Source: a virus
DNA length: 64,000 nt
Direction: 5' to 3' (one strand)
Virus record (IMG/VR): IMGVR_UViG_3300035310_000070
Numbering within the stretch: position 1 is the stretch's first letter; every line of letters starts with the position of its first letter. The notes below the pieces were generated by a model. That model saw only the letters and a list, made by a program, of their open reading frames with translations. It was not told the origin of the DNA and made no database searches. The position numbers and the translations under genes are program-made. Below are positions 18,431-28,378 of this stretch, piece after piece.

Positions 18431-18439
18431 ACCATCCTA

Positions 18440-18469
18440 TTGACATATTTGGAGAAATAACCCTAATAT
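18440..18469 (+). promoter_or_regulatory. Strong sigma70-like promoter of the major structural genes
   Basis: TTGACA-18 bp-TAATAT in an AT-rich gap, followed by GAGGAGG RBS. Confidence 0.65.
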
Positions 18470-18497
18470 TAAAACGTTTTCCCTGAGGAGGTGCTAA

Positions 18498-18890
18498 ATG
18501 GCCCACGAAGGCACACCCCATCGAGTCTTGGACAACATTCTCGACGGCGCAGCGAACGGCGCCAAGGGCCTGGTGTCAGGTCTTTCTGGCGCCCTTACGT
18601 CCGCCGGTGAAGGCATTCAAACAGGACTCGATGCGCCATGGAAGTCCATCGGCGGGCCGGACCAGCCGCTCAGGATCGTCGACCGCTTACTCGATGGAGC
18701 CGTTCACGCCGGTGTCAACGCGGTCAACCAGGGCCTCATCGAGACGGTGAAACAGGGTGGAGACGCAATACAGAACGCCTTGGACCATCCTGTAGAAAAC
18801 TTCGGCATTCCTCCCTCTATGGGAGAGGGCATGCGAAACCCTTCTCTTATGGGCAAGGGTTTCGGCCGCATTAGGCTGCCGAGGCTTTAG
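18498..18890 (+). CDS. Gly/Ala-rich amphipathic two-repeat protein
   Basis: PHRVLDNILDG...GLDAP and PLRIVDRLLDG...ALDHP. Confidence 0.75.
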   Translation: MAHEGTPHRVLDNILDGAANGAKGLVSGLSGALTSAGEGIQTGLDAPWKSIGGPDQPLRIVDRLLDGAVHAGVNAVNQGLIETVKQGGDAIQNALDHPVENFGIPPSMGEGMRNPSLMGKGFGRIRLPRL

Positions 18891-18902
18891 GGCTGAACGA
18901 AA

Positions 18903-19250
18903 ATGGCGGTAACTCAGTTGCCGAACGGAGGGCAGGGTAACATGACCACACGAGCGTTTCCGCAGCTACCGGATATTAAGGCGCTTTTGACCGGGCCGGC
19001 TCAGGCCCTGGCCAATATCGAAAGAGGTTTCCCCATAGGCCCCCCTCCGGTCTCGATCGGTCAGACGTTAAGCCAGATAGCAACCAGCCTCCCGGTCCCC
19101 GGTGCGCTTGGGGCACCTGCGGTGCCCGACCTCTTGCCACCGGCGATTCGCTCAACCCTTCAAGCCGCACTGACGCCTCAGGCGCCGCGGCCTTCTGGGA
19201 ACGGGCGGATCCAACCCGCTGTCGCTTACGCCCGCACCGGAATCAGTTAA
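18903..19250 (+). CDS. Pro-rich putative virion protein
   Basis: Operon ORF. Confidence 0.65.
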   Translation: MAVTQLPNGGQGNMTTRAFPQLPDIKALLTGPAQALANIERGFPIGPPPVSIGQTLSQIATSLPVPGALGAPAVPDLLPPAIRSTLQAALTPQAPRPSGNGRIQPAVAYARTGIS

Positions 19251-19288
19251 CAACCGGACCCAAGGCAAGACCCACAGGAGGGAGATAA

Positions 19289-20062
19289 ATGGTACTCGCA
19301 CAGGTTGCGGCTGAGTCTCGCGTCGAGAGTGTGCTAGGCGCCTACGTTAGGGGACAGCTACCCGGACAGCCTTATACGAGGGACAGCGTCTCCATCGGGG
19401 GCAAGCCTATCAGCGCCTTAGACCCCGACCCAAACGACTTCGAGATATTCCGTGCAGAGCTGGCGGTGTTGAGCAAACGCCAGCGCAATCCAATGGTGGC
19501 GGATATCATCGCCCGTAACGCCCCCCGGCTATGGGATGCGGTGCGGATGGTCAACTCCAACACCAAGCTGGGCTTTGGCGGAGCCAGCGCCCGTGGCGGC
19601 CGGCTACTCTTCAATCCCTTGGAGCCGCGAGACCTGGGACGCGCCGGCGGCTTCCCGGGCACTGCCCCTCCAGATAGCTGGCTCCAGGTCCCCGCCACGG
19701 TCGGGGCAGCCCGGTTGTGGCCCCCCACTTCCGGCACCATCGACATGACGATCAGCTCGTTGCCGGTCCTGAGCCACGTGTACTTTGGCTTCGTGAACCC
19801 GGTGGCGAACCCCAAGGTGAATAATATTCAGTTGGTCCTGGACGCCGACCCGTGGCCTGAGGAGATCCTGGACTGGGATTGGCGGGAAGGGTATGGGGAC
19901 AACGAGACGCCGGTCTACGAGCTAAAGAACCCCTGGGTGATCCGGCCCGGCGCTTCGTACCGAATCAGCGTGCGCAACTACATCACCGGCGAGGACCGGC
20001 TAACGCCTATCGGCTTCAGCGTGAAGAGAGCCCTGGACATCATCGCATCCCTGGCAACATAA
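19289..20062 (+). CDS. Candidate major capsid protein (jelly-roll-like)
   Basis: Strong RBS, C-biased codons, beta-rich C-half (VYELKNPWVIRPGASYRISVRN); fold assignment is inference. Confidence 0.5.
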   Translation: MVLAQVAAESRVESVLGAYVRGQLPGQPYTRDSVSIGGKPISALDPDPNDFEIFRAELAVLSKRQRNPMVADIIARNAPRLWDAVRMVNSNTKLGFGGASARGGRLLFNPLEPRDLGRAGGFPGTAPPDSWLQVPATVGAARLWPPTSGTIDMTISSLPVLSHVYFGFVNPVANPKVNNIQLVLDADPWPEEILDWDWREGYGDNETPVYELKNPWVIRPGASYRISVRNYITGEDRLTPIGFSVKRALDIIASLAT

Positions 20063-20074
20063 GGGGGTTGGACG

Positions 20075-20347
20075 ATGAATACACGGATGCGCTCGGTGCG
20101 GGGCCCGGCCGTTTACGCGGCCGGTGGTTTCCTTGTCACCCTAGGAGATATTGAGCGGATCTCAGTTTCGTCGGGCCGGTTGGTTTCAGCGGCAACTGTT
20201 TCGTCATCGCCCATGGTGGCCCAGGTTGTAAACGCTTCAGGCAACGTTGCCACCGTGATCCTGCGGGACCAGCGGTCTGGCGGGCTTGAACCTACTGCCG
20301 GCGACTTCAGCGGCCTACACGTGAACGTGCTCTACGAGGGCGTGTAA
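20075..20347 (+). CDS. Capsid decoration/cement-like small protein
   Basis: GPAVYAAGG...EPTAGDFSG...VLYEG resembles small proteins found after capsid genes. Confidence 0.5.
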   Translation: MNTRMRSVRGPAVYAAGGFLVTLGDIERISVSSGRLVSAATVSSSPMVAQVVNASGNVATVILRDQRSGGLEPTAGDFSGLHVNVLYEGV

Positions 20348-20394
20348 CAAACAACCACGACCCGTACCCGTAAACATTACATAAGGGGAAGGGC

Positions 20395-21006
20395 ATGGCA
20401 GTCGAACTCCTGACGGAGACGCCGCGTCTCCTGCAAGATGGTCACTACGTCGTCTTTGAAGGCGGTTGGCCAACCTCAACCGGCAAAGATAATAAATGGT
20501 TCCGGGTCGAGCGAGCCCAGCAGATCAAGCTGGACATCCCACGCATCGTCTCCAGCGGCGGCAGCATCGACCTGGACTTCTCGGCCCCCTCGGGCGGCGG
20601 GATCGGTGACCTAAACCTTTCCCTTATCCCCACCGGCGGCGACACTCTCTACGAGCTCCTTATCGGCATGAAGGGCAACGTCTTCATGTACCCGATGTAC
20701 AACAACTCCTTCTTCCAGAAGCTCGAGGTGACGAACGTCGCCCCCGACACCGGAGACCGCAACCTCCGGTACCTCGGCTTCTTCGATGAGAACGACTCTC
20801 CGTTTGAAGCGCCAAGGCTTCGGGAGCATGTTGTTAAAGACCAGCAGCCCCCGGTCCTTCGCCTGTACAACGACCAGGTCGTTGATGAGCCCCTGGTAAT
20901 TCGCTTCATCGTCAACCGGTGCAGGCTGGTCCCAGCCAGTGCGCCCTCGGAGGACCTCCGCCGGGTAGCCCGCATCGCTAAATACCATTCCTGGTTCGTG
21001 TACTAA
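20395..21006 (+). CDS. Second candidate capsid (beta-rich) protein
   Basis: SPFEAPRL...PVLRLYN...LVIRFIVN; high-expression codon style. Confidence 0.45.
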   Translation: MAVELLTETPRLLQDGHYVVFEGGWPTSTGKDNKWFRVERAQQIKLDIPRIVSSGGSIDLDFSAPSGGGIGDLNLSLIPTGGDTLYELLIGMKGNVFMYPMYNNSFFQKLEVTNVAPDTGDRNLRYLGFFDENDSPFEAPRLREHVVKDQQPPVLRLYNDQVVDEPLVIRFIVNRCRLVPASAPSEDLRRVARIAKYHSWFVY

Positions 21007-21017
21007 ACAGGAAGAAT

Positions 21018-21365
21018 ATGCCAGTAACGCGAGAAGACTATAAACAGCGGGCCAGGCGGCTGGTCTGCGCCTCTGGGGATACCCGATTTTTCCTCGTTCC
21101 CAGAAACCAGGTCGCACATGCAAGCCATATCCAGGTCGACACCTCAGACCTCAGCGGCGTAGCGGGGATAGTCAGCGTCCAAATCCGCGACAGCTTCTCC
21201 CCGATATCCGGCAGCAGCGGAACGGTCATCCGAAAAGAGCTTGCCGTCCGCGGCGGAGATGTGATCGCCGAAGACCTTGGGGCCGGCTACCAGCTCATCG
21301 GGGGGATCGATGTGCGCGTCGACACCTCCGGGCCCATAGTTTCTCTCAGCGCCGTTTTCCAGTAG
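21018..21365 (+). CDS. Small beta-sandwich virion protein
   Basis: Val/Ser/Gly-rich beta pattern. Confidence 0.55.
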   Translation: MPVTREDYKQRARRLVCASGDTRFFLVPRNQVAHASHIQVDTSDLSGVAGIVSVQIRDSFSPISGSSGTVIRKELAVRGGDVIAEDLGAGYQLIGGIDVRVDTSGPIVSLSAVFQ

Positions 21366-21370
21366 GCCCC

Positions 21371-21799
21371 GTGCAGCAACGCATAGTACATCCTATCGAT
21401 GACTTCGAGTTGAGGCCGGACCGGGTTCAGCTATCCGTCTTCACCGCGGCCGCGGCAATCACCGAGGGCGACGCTGTCTTCGTGAACTCCTCAGGGCGTG
21501 TAGACCGGGCCCGGGCCGATGCCTCTTCGACGATGCACGCCGTTGGGGTGGCCTATGAGGCCATCGCGAACGCTGGCCGCGGACGGGTCGTAACCCACGG
21601 ACCGATGCGGAGCGATAACTACGACGGGTCCGGCAGATTGGGCCTGCTGGCCTGGGTTAGCCCAACTAGCGCTGGTGGCGTGACCGGGGTCCCGCCTAGC
21701 AGCTCGGGACAGATCCGGCAGCAGGTTGGAGTCTGGCGGGAGCGGCGCCTGCTCTACGTAAGCCTGGGAGGCGCGAGCCAAGTCGGCGGCGTCCTCTAG
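21371..21799 (+). CDS. DUF2190/capsid-cement-like protein
   Basis: AAAAITEGDAVFV...A...AVGVA...GRVVTHG. Confidence 0.65.
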   Translation: MQQRIVHPIDDFELRPDRVQLSVFTAAAAITEGDAVFVNSSGRVDRARADASSTMHAVGVAYEAIANAGRGRVVTHGPMRSDNYDGSGRLGLLAWVSPTSAGGVTGVPPSSSGQIRQQVGVWRERRLLYVSLGGASQVGGVL

Positions 21800-22444
21800 A
21801 TGCCCTATAAAGATAAAGAGAAGGAATCGGCCTACCAGCGGGCCTACAGGCTAATCCATAAGGAAGACCAAAAGGCCTACAAGCGCGAATACTACCTGGC
21901 CCACCGAGAAGTGCGAAAAGCCTCGGACGCAGCCTATCAATTAACACACCGAGAAGAGAGAAAGGCCTACCTCCGGGCCTACCACCTGGCCCACCGCGAG
22001 GAGGAGACGGCCCGGAACCGTGGCTACTACATGGCCCACCGCGGGAAGTGGGCAGCCTACCAGCAGGCCCACCGGGAAGAGGATAATGCCCGCCACCGGG
22101 CCTCCTACCAGGCCCACCGTGAGGAACTCGCAGCCCGCCACCGAGCCTACCACCTGGCCCACAAGGAAGAGGCCAAGGCAAACAAGCGCAAACGGCGTGC
22201 GCTGAAGAACGGAGTAGCCCATCGCCCCTACAAAGTAGCTGACATCGTCGCCCGCGACCGCGGCATCTGTGGTCTTTGCCACAAGAAGGTAGCAAAGGTG
22301 GACCAGAGCATGGACCACATCCTGCCAATTTCACTGGGCGGGGCGGACGCTCCTTACAACGTCCAATTAGCACATCGCCGATGTAACAATAGCAAGCGCA
22401 ACTCGGCCCGATTCCCCGCGAATTTAAGAATGGCCTTGGCCTGA
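21800..22444 (+). CDS. HNH endonuclease with N-terminal YxxAHREE repeats
   Basis: CGLC...DHILPISLGG...NVQLAHRRCN. Confidence 0.9.
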   Translation: MPYKDKEKESAYQRAYRLIHKEDQKAYKREYYLAHREVRKASDAAYQLTHREERKAYLRAYHLAHREEETARNRGYYMAHRGKWAAYQQAHREEDNARHRASYQAHREELAARHRAYHLAHKEEAKANKRKRRALKNGVAHRPYKVADIVARDRGICGLCHKKVAKVDQSMDHILPISLGGADAPYNVQLAHRRCNNSKRNSARFPANLRMALA

Positions 22445-22573
22445 TTCTCGGCGTGGGGTGCCAAAATAGTAGGCGCCTGGGAAAGAGGTCCATCGGATTC
22501 GCCCTCCCCACTGGTCATTGGTATCTGCTATTCCCCGGTAACGCCTCTGACCTCGGAGTGGACCATTTCTCTT

Positions 22574-23137
22574 ATGAACTTGGACAAACCCCCGGGTACT
22601 CGTGTAGGGTTCCGAAGAGGGGTACCCATCGATGTGGCCCGCAACGCACTGGTCCGGTATGCACAGGACCACAAAGCCTCTCACATTTTCTTCTTTGATG
22701 CTGATGTGATACCAATTGACCAGGACATCATCTACCGGTTGATGGCCTGGAAGGTGCCCATCATCTCCGGAGTCTACTGGTCCAAAAGAGGATACCCCGC
22801 CGTCTGGGACCGGCATCCCAGCGGGCGGGGGTTCACCCCGGTTAAGAGTATCCCGGACACGGGATTAACCGAGGTCGGCGCCATACCCATGGGGGCGGCG
22901 TTAATCGACATGCGGACCTTCTCCTGCATTCCCGACCCCTGGTTCCAATGGACCATATTTGACCCAAGGCTGGAGGGGCAGGGCAAGGGCCTTTCCGAGG
23001 ACCTGGACTTTTGCCAGAAAGCAAGCCAACACGGCTTCAAACTCTACATCGACCCGGAGGTCCGGTGTCATCATCAGAGCATTGTCCCAATGACCGTTGA
23101 GGGAGAGGTGTATATGCCCCCCGAGGAGCAAGGATGA
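22574..23137 (+). CDS. GT-A (family 2-like) glycosyltransferase; frame stays open upstream to 22445
   Basis: FFDADV, ISGVY, GMGAALI, SEDLDFC, CHHQS. Confidence 0.85.
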   Translation: MNLDKPPGTRVGFRRGVPIDVARNALVRYAQDHKASHIFFFDADVIPIDQDIIYRLMAWKVPIISGVYWSKRGYPAVWDRHPSGRGFTPVKSIPDTGLTEVGAIPMGAALIDMRTFSCIPDPWFQWTIFDPRLEGQGKGLSEDLDFCQKASQHGFKLYIDPEVRCHHQSIVPMTVEGEVYMPPEEQG

Positions 23138-24096
23138 GTCGCGTGTTGATTACCGGGGCGGCCGGCTTCTTGGGGGCCCGCCTGGTCCGTCGGATGCTCC
23201 AGGACGGGTGGGAGGTCCAGGGCCTGGACCTGGTGCCCCGCGAGTACGCCTACCGGTTGGAGGGCTTGAAGTTCGACTACCGGTGGGGGAGCTGCCAGGA
23301 TATTGGCCGCCTGGACGTTCCATACGTGGTCCACTGTGCCAGCCAGGGAGATGTCCCCCTGGCCCTCTCCGCACCCGCTTTCACGGTGGCGCAGAACGTG
23401 GACGGGACCTTAGCGGTCCTGGAGGCGGCCCGAAGGAGCGACCGGCTGGAACGGTTCCTGCTTCAGTCTTCGGAGGAAGTCTACGGATACTGTGACAGGC
23501 TTCCGATTAAGGAGAATGAGCCGCTAAACCCGACGAACGTCTACGGGGCTTCCAAAGCGGCCCAGGAGCTCCTGGCCATGGCCTACTACCACTCCTACAA
23601 GCTGCCTGTAATGGTACTTCGGTCCAGCACCATCATCGGTACGGGGATGCGAAGGAGCCAGGTAATCCCGATTTTTCTCGACCAGGCACTCAGGGGCACA
23701 ACCTTGTCGATCCAAGGGGACGGAAGCCAGACCCGGGACTTTAACCCGGTAGAAAATCATGTGGACGCTATCTTGCTGGCGTTGCGCTACCTGGGTATGG
23801 CTGGCCGAACCATTAACGTGGGGTCAGGAGAAGAAAGGTCCATCGGAAACATCGCCGAGGAATGCCTTAGGGTAACCGGGTCTTCATCTGGCTGGGAGTC
23901 GCTGCCCTGGCGGCCCGGCGAGGAGGGCCTGCGCGTAGCCCTAGATATCACCCAGGCCCGGGAGCTCTTGGGCTACACGCCCAAACTCTCGTTCGAGGAA
24001 AGCCTGGAGCGGATGGCCGCCTGGCTCGCCAAAGAGCTCGGTGTCAATCTGCCAGCGATAGCACGAAGGCCTCTCGCCGCTACGAGTGTGCTATAA
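23134..24096 (+). CDS. NDP-sugar epimerase/dehydratase
   Basis: TGAAGFLG, SSEEVYG, YGASK, QTRDF. Confidence 0.95.
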   Translation: MSRVLITGAAGFLGARLVRRMLQDGWEVQGLDLVPREYAYRLEGLKFDYRWGSCQDIGRLDVPYVVHCASQGDVPLALSAPAFTVAQNVDGTLAVLEAARRSDRLERFLLQSSEEVYGYCDRLPIKENEPLNPTNVYGASKAAQELLAMAYYHSYKLPVMVLRSSTIIGTGMRRSQVIPIFLDQALRGTTLSIQGDGSQTRDFNPVENHVDAILLALRYLGMAGRTINVGSGEERSIGNIAEECLRVTGSSSGWESLPWRPGEEGLRVALDITQARELLGYTPKLSFEESLERMAAWLAKELGVNLPAIARRPLAATSVL

Positions 24097-24166
24097 TTTG
24101 TCCCTGCCGTCTGGAACCGGTTCTCCGTGTGTTCCAGCACGGTGAATCGGTGAAGGACGGTTTCTC

Positions 24167-24541
24167 ATGCCGATCGAAACAGTCCGGCCAATACCTGCAT
24201 TTAGCGATAGCCGTGGCGATATCACGAATCTCATGACTCTCTCGGTCCAGCACGTGGCCTTGATTAGTTCGCGGCCCGGGGCTATCCGCGGCAACCACGT
24301 GCACCAGACCGACAACCATTTTACATACCTCCTATCCGGCCGTGCCCGATACCACCAGCTCGTCGACGGAGTGGTGGAAAGCTGTTGGCTCGAAGCCGGT
24401 GAGATGGTCCTGACCCTAGCCGGTGTACCCCACGCCTTCGTGTTCGAGGAGGAGTCGGTGTTTCTTGCTTTCTGCACCGCCGAACGGATGGGGGGGAAGT
24501 ACCAGGAGGACACACAGCCGTGCATCCTCGTCCAGGGTTAG
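24167..24541 (+). CDS. Cupin, WxcM/FdtA-like sugar isomerase
   Basis: FSDSRG...RGNHVH...GVPHAF. Confidence 0.85.
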   Translation: MPIETVRPIPAFSDSRGDITNLMTLSVQHVALISSRPGAIRGNHVHQTDNHFTYLLSGRARYHQLVDGVVESCWLEAGEMVLTLAGVPHAFVFEEESVFLAFCTAERMGGKYQEDTQPCILVQG

Positions 24542-25263
24542 CCGCGGTAACCGGAGCATCCCGAGGCTTGGGGCGAGAGTTGGCCCTAGCGCTGGCCAGG
24601 GAGGGATACGACCTGATGGTCTGCGCCCAAGAAGTTGCGGCCATAGAAATCATACAGAAAGAAAGCGCAGCCCTGGGTCGAGAGTGCTTGGTCTGGGCAG
24701 GAGACCTTACGACCAACGAGATGATGAAGATTGGCTTAAAGAGGGACCCACCAGAGGTCCTGATAAACAACGCCGCCTTCCCTCCCACTCTGAAGCCGCT
24801 GGAAGAACTGACAGCTGGGGACTACTACCAGGCCTTTTCGTTGAACCTTTATGTCCCTTTTGGCTTGATGCGGGCGGTGATACCTGGTATGAAGGCTCGG
24901 GGCTCAGGGACCATCGTTAACATCTGCTCTCTCTCCGGCCGTCGGGCGATCAGGAATGTCTCGCTCTACAGTGCCAGCAAATTCGCCCTTCGTGGTTTGA
25001 CCGAGGCGGTAGCCCAGGAGCTGGAGGGGTCCGGGGTCAAATGCTTCAGCGCCAGTCCGGGCGGCATGAACACTTCCATGAGAGAGCAGATTTTCCACGA
25101 CGCTGCCCAACAGCAGGACCCGGCAGCTGTTGCCAAAATCATCGTCGACGCCATCGCCGGCAGGGTCCCGGTGAGCCAGGGCGCCGACCTGGTGGTCCGG
25201 GCCGGTGAGTACGCTATCGTGCCACCGGAGCGGTGGACAGGGATAACCCTGGAGCATGGGTAG
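24520..25263 (+). CDS. Short-chain dehydrogenase/reductase
   Basis: TGASRGLG, NNAA, YSASK. Confidence 0.92.
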   Translation: MHPRPGLAAVTGASRGLGRELALALAREGYDLMVCAQEVAAIEIIQKESAALGRECLVWAGDLTTNEMMKIGLKRDPPEVLINNAAFPPTLKPLEELTAGDYYQAFSLNLYVPFGLMRAVIPGMKARGSGTIVNICSLSGRRAIRNVSLYSASKFALRGLTEAVAQELEGSGVKCFSASPGGMNTSMREQIFHDAAQQQDPAAVAKIIVDAIAGRVPVSQGADLVVRAGEYAIVPPERWTGITLEHG

Positions 25264-25274
25264 GCGGTGCCGCG

Positions 25275-26480
25275 GTGAACTGCCGGATCTGCGGCAATGC
25301 CACCCAACTATTCCTGTCCCTGGGAGAACATCCCCTGCCCAACCGCTTTCTCTCACCGGAGCAGCTCTGCCTGCCTGAACCCCGTTATCCATTAGAACTA
25401 CACTTTTGCTCTCACTGTTCCCTAGTCCAACTAGGGACTGTCGTACCGCCGGAAGACCTTTTCTCGGACTACTTGTACGCCTCATCCACTAGCGCCTTGA
25501 CACGCCAGCATTTCTACGAGCTGGCGGCCCATCTGAAAAGAAGGTTCCCTGTGAGTCCTGGCGCCCCGCTGCCTCTCAAGGTGGTAGACATTGCATCCAA
25601 CGACGGCATCCTGCTTCGAGCCTGGCGAGAGATGGGCGTATCGGCTCTCGGGGTGGAGCCAGCCGAAAACCTCTGCCGTCTGGCCTGGGCCGACGGGCTG
25701 GAGACGCTGAACGAATTCTTTACACGCGAGACAGTGGACAAAATTGGGCCTGAATCCGCCCATATCGTCACGGCGGTCAACGTGGTCGCCCACGTCCCGG
25801 AGCTAAAGGAGTTTGCCGAGAACGTGCGGCGCCTCCTGCGCCCCGATGGGGTTTTCGTAGTCGAGGTTCAGTATTTCCGGGATACGGTTGAGAAGCTGTC
25901 GTTCGACAATATTTACTTTGAGCATGTGTTTTATTTCACGCTAACCTCCCTGGAAAGGGTTCTCGCCAACGCCGGTCTTTACGTTTTCGCCGCGGAGCGC
26001 GTTGATACCCACGGAGGCTCCCTCAGGGCCTACGCCAATACGGGCGAATTAAACTGGGGCGGCCCAAACCCGCTCCGCATCCGGAATGAAGAAAAGAAGG
26101 TGCGGCTAGACCAGGTGGGAACCTACCAGGAGTTCGCCAAATCGGTTGAAAAGGCCGGGCGGACCCTGAGGGAGCTGCTGCTGGCGCTTAAGAGGGACGG
26201 CAAAAGGATTGCCGGCTATGGAGCGGCGGCCAAAGCGACCACGTTAACCAATTATTGCAGGATCGGGCCAGAGACGGTAAGTTACATCGTGGACGACTCC
26301 CCCTTGAAGGTAGGCCGGTTCACTCCCGGGACCCATATCCCGATCGTGTCCCGCGAGTGGCTGGAGCATGAGCCGCCGGACCACCTGTTGGTGTTAGCTT
26401 GGAACTACCTTGAAAGCATCAGGGCGGCCACCAGCTCATTGGGCTGCACCTACATCCACCCCATCAAGGGAATCGTGTGA
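25275..26480 (+). CDS. NDP-hexose C-methyltransferase (TylCIII/EryBIII-like)
   Basis: CRICG...C SHC Zn motif, DIASNDG, YFEH, THGGS, GYGAAAKATT, LAWNY. Confidence 0.93.
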   Translation: MNCRICGNATQLFLSLGEHPLPNRFLSPEQLCLPEPRYPLELHFCSHCSLVQLGTVVPPEDLFSDYLYASSTSALTRQHFYELAAHLKRRFPVSPGAPLPLKVVDIASNDGILLRAWREMGVSALGVEPAENLCRLAWADGLETLNEFFTRETVDKIGPESAHIVTAVNVVAHVPELKEFAENVRRLLRPDGVFVVEVQYFRDTVEKLSFDNIYFEHVFYFTLTSLERVLANAGLYVFAAERVDTHGGSLRAYANTGELNWGGPNPLRIRNEEKKVRLDQVGTYQEFAKSVEKAGRTLRELLLALKRDGKRIAGYGAAAKATTLTNYCRIGPETVSYIVDDSPLKVGRFTPGTHIPIVSREWLEHEPPDHLLVLAWNYLESIRAATSSLGCTYIHPIKGIV

Positions 26481-26484
26481 GAGC

Positions 26485-27069
26485 ATGCGTCGGAAGACCA
26501 GACGGAAACCACTCCCTACCGTCCAGCAGGTGCTGTGCAGTCACATACGTTGGCCCGAGGTCCAGGCCAACCAGCCTGCCACCGTGGATACCAATCTGTT
26601 GGATGTACCGCACCTGGGCCGCTTGGTAATGGAAGGGAGGCCCATGCTCAAGCCAATAACGTTCGTTCCCTCCCTGGCAATGGTCGAGCGGATTGAGAAG
26701 TTCATCAGTGGCGTACAGCTTCGCAGCCTTCCAGGCGCCACTCTCTACGCGCGATACCTTGAAGCCTCGGATGACTCTCCTTTTCACTTCGCAGCAGCGA
26801 CCGATTTATGGTTCGGCTGCATCGGCATGGCCAAGCTGACGCGCGTCTCCTACGTAACGCCGGAAGGCCTGGCCCCGTATACCGCGGACCTCCGAGAAAG
26901 GGGCTACAGACGGCTCATGGCAGAAGCCAGCGGTAACGCGTGGGTCCTGTGGGGGATGACGTTGGCACAGGAACTGTCCTTGTCCAGGGGCAACGAGGTG
27001 GATTATCACTGGGTGCCGCTCACTTCCCCATACTGGTTGGCGTTCAAGGGACGGCTCGTGAAGGAGTAG
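26485..27069 (+). CDS. Hypothetical protein
   Basis: Operon ORF. Confidence 0.65.
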   Translation: MRRKTRRKPLPTVQQVLCSHIRWPEVQANQPATVDTNLLDVPHLGRLVMEGRPMLKPITFVPSLAMVERIEKFISGVQLRSLPGATLYARYLEASDDSPFHFAAATDLWFGCIGMAKLTRVSYVTPEGLAPYTADLRERGYRRLMAEASGNAWVLWGMTLAQELSLSRGNEVDYHWVPLTSPYWLAFKGRLVKE

Positions 27070-27074
27070 AGGCC

Positions 27075-28166
27075 CTGAAGATAGCAATCGTGGCCACGCA
27101 TACCTTTCCCCTCCCGCCGCCGACCCACACCGGCGACGTCGTGATCCTGGACCTGGCGGTCGCGCTCCAGGAGCTGGGGCACGAGGTCACCATGTACGCC
27201 CCGGAAGGTACGAAGGCGCCGGGCCGGCTGCTAACCATGCCATGCTCCCTCGGCAAGTACCCGCCTTCCAGTGAAGACTGCGAGCAGCAATGCTTCGACG
27301 ACCATGCGGCTGCCTTACGCGCAGAGGACGTCGTCCATGACTTCAGCAACACCAAGCGCATCGCGGAGGCCCTTGCCAGGGAAGGAAGGCCAACGGTGTC
27401 CACCCTTCTGGGCGGCGTCTGGGCGCACCCGGACCCCCCGCTGAACATCTGCGTCTGGTCCGAAGCGATGCGCCGGCGTGGGCTCCGCGGAGCGACCGAC
27501 TACGAAGGTACTCCGACGCCCGGGATGGGGGGCCCGCCTCAGAGACCGATCAAAGATGCCCACGTGGTCTATGGCGGCATCGATACGGGCTGGTATACGC
27601 CAGAGGGCCCGAAGGGGTCGTTTTTTCTTTGGATGAATAGATGGCACCCAGCCAAGGGCTACCGCCAGGCCATCGAGCTGGCCCGGGCGACCGGTATCGA
27701 GCTGGTAATGGCCGGCGAGCACCCAGATAACGAAAGATTCGAGTACCAGAAGAACTGTGCGCTGGAGGCCGTCCAGCTGGCCAAGGGGCTGTCGAATGTG
27801 CGGTTCCAGTGGTTGCCGCCGGACCCAGACCACCACACCGCCAAGCGGGAACTGTATCGCCGGGCCAAGGCGCTGATCTACAGCGTCCAGTTCCAGGAGC
27901 CCTTCGGACTGTCTCAGGTCGAGGCCCTGGCCTGCGGGACCCCGGTTATTGGAACCAACTTCGGCTCGGTGCCGGAAGTTGTCCAGCATGGGCGGACCGG
28001 CTTCGTGTGCGATACTATGGGGGACCTGGCCGCGGCCGTTCAGCGGGTCGGCGCCATCGATCCTGCTGAGTGCCGCCAGGACGCGGTCGCACGGTTCGAC
28101 CGAAGGGTCATGGCCAGCAACTACCTGGCCGAGTATCGCCGAGTGGCGCATGGGAGGACCTGGTAA
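27075..28166 (+). CDS. GT-B family 4 glycosyltransferase (probable CTG start)
   Basis: KIAIV..., RWHPAKG, EPFGLSQVEALACGTPV; AAGGAG 8 nt before CTG. Confidence 0.9.
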   Translation: MKIAIVATHTFPLPPPTHTGDVVILDLAVALQELGHEVTMYAPEGTKAPGRLLTMPCSLGKYPPSSEDCEQQCFDDHAAALRAEDVVHDFSNTKRIAEALAREGRPTVSTLLGGVWAHPDPPLNICVWSEAMRRRGLRGATDYEGTPTPGMGGPPQRPIKDAHVVYGGIDTGWYTPEGPKGSFFLWMNRWHPAKGYRQAIELARATGIELVMAGEHPDNERFEYQKNCALEAVQLAKGLSNVRFQWLPPDPDHHTAKRELYRRAKALIYSVQFQEPFGLSQVEALACGTPVIGTNFGSVPEVVQHGRTGFVCDTMGDLAAAVQRVGAIDPAECRQDAVARFDRRVMASNYLAEYRRVAHGRTW

Positions 28167-28168
28167 AA

Positions 28169-28378
28169 ATGGCTAACCGTGAGCGGCTGGATTGCGCTAA
28201 ACTAACGACCTGTCCATGCACCCACAAGTGGCCTTTCTCCCTTTTCTGTCCAGGCCTGCTCAAGTGCAAGCTCTGCTACTGTTACAACATCATCGGGCGG
28301 GTAGATAAGCCCCACACGGTCATTATCAAGACGATTTCTGAAGTCTCGACCTTGGGGTGGCCTGATGCTCAAGGTTAA
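28169..28378 (+). CDS. Small Cys-rich protein
   Basis: CPC.H...C...CKLC.C. Confidence 0.5.
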   Translation: MANRERLDCAKLTTCPCTHKWPFSLFCPGLLKCKLCYCYNIIGRVDKPHTVIIKTISEVSTLGWPDAQG

